Positions 63,028 to 64,000 of a DNA stretch of 64,000 bases are shown here, in pieces (position 1 is the first letter of the stretch; the number at the start of each line of letters is the position of its first letter). The position numbers and the translations under genes were made by a program. Below the pieces are notes generated by a model that made no database searches, had not been told where the DNA came from, and was given only the letters and a program-made list of their open reading frames with translations. The stretch is from Pavona decussata (taxonomy: Eukaryota): assembly GCA_977016875.1 (NCBI GenBank), contig CDRNST010000088.1, positions 1,178,001 to 1,242,000 of the forward strand, written 5' to 3'.

Positions 63028-63325
63028 TATGCCTGCGTCACTTTCTTGAATAATCATCATTCTCATTCATTCACCAGGCTGGAAATATACCATCACATTT
63101 CTCTCATATACTACACGTTCGACATTCAAATCCTAGCAGTATGCAGGATGTTTGTCCCATGAACCTAGTTTAATGACCTTAGCACCCACGAGTCTCCTGT
63201 AGCTCAGTGGTAGAGCATCCAAACTAGTAATCGGAAGGTCGTAGGTTCGACTCCTGATAGGAGCACTCGGATTTCTTTTTTCCGAGTATGCCTGCGTCAC
63301 TTTCTTGAATAATCATCATTCTCAT
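63028..63325 (+). mobile_element. tRNA-cored repeat, family B: 259-bp unit with 39-bp terminal redundancy and a TSD
   Basis: Identical tatgcctgcgtcactttcttgaataatcatcattctcat at 63028 and 63287. Flanking ATAGTCGATAT at 63020-63030 and 63324-63334. tRNA-Thr(AGT)-like core at 63193-63264. Confidence 0.88.
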
Positions 63326-64000
63326 AGTCGATATTGTTTCAAAATTTCGGGTCGGTCGGGCGGAGTCTGAGACAAGAAGACGTAGTAACCTAACATCATC
63401 TGGAAACCTGGTTGTGGTCACGAAATCAAGATGTAAGTTGTGGTCCGAGCTCGCAAGTAAGTAAGTACGTAACTTTATTTCTGTGTCAGACACAAAAGAT
63501 TAGCGGAAGGAAAGAATCCTTCTAATAATAGGGGACACATAAAAGGATAAAATTAAGCAAAATTTCAAAAAACTATTTCATGATAAAAACTAAATATGCA
63601 GATAAGATCAATTTTGAAAGAAACAAACATGATAAGTTAAGAAAACTTCATATATAAAATGACTAATAAATTAAAAATGACAAAGGCAGCAGTTGAAACT
63701 TTCATAGTTAAAAAGCAGCCATATGAATACTAAATAACACAATGCTCCCAAAAGCACGATTTAATTTTATAGTTGTTGGTAAATGCCGCGGAAGGAAGCG
63801 ATCCGCAGAAAGCAAAGATATTTCATACTTAACCTGACTTAAGTCAAAACATAAATTACGAAAAACGTATTGTAATCTGTAAAGAAACTCCCTGGCCAAA
63901 CACTGATCTCTTTGTTAACTTATGAATATTTTTTCAGTAAAACTTATGCGTACGATTTAAACTTACCATACAAGTTTTAGGTACCTTGAAGGGGCAACAG

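Noticed and set aside
63193-63264. Functional tRNA-Thr(AGT) gene (also the tRNA-like cores at ~5390, ~28648 and ~62825)
   Set aside because: The acceptor and anticodon stems are imperfect, the loop is oversized, and each core is embedded in a repeated flanking unit. These are repeat-derived.

Overview
AT-rich, intron-rich animal genomic DNA, probably cnidarian (stony-coral-like; inferred from the GPCR subfamily and repeat types). 259-14145 (+) holds the 3' part of a type IV diacylglycerol kinase (DGK zeta/iota-like). I traced it exon by exon in one continuous frame (29 exons plus 2 optional ones) through the catalytic and accessory domains and the ankyrin repeats to a C-terminal ETAV PDZ ligand. 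Next come a 5'-truncated L1/Tx1-type LINE with an open ORF (15.9-17.8 kb) and a single-coding-exon gene with 14 tandem zinc fingers (19160-20572). After ~20 kb of non-coding DNA, two paralogous intronless class A GPCRs lie tail-to-tail (41012-42115 +, 47627-48796 -). The rest is a mosaic of MITEs, LINE fragments and diverged local duplications. The most unusual signals: (i) two tRNA-cored repeat families that occur as circularly permuted, partial-tandem units rather than as normal SINEs; (ii) a recurring 'long hairpin + inverted-repeat pair + CCAAT' element with no visible TSD; (iii) a candidate ankyrin-less DGK isoform; (iv) a dispersed, near-identical 31-bp motif. All coordinates were read by hand and may be off by a few bases. 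No database searches were run.
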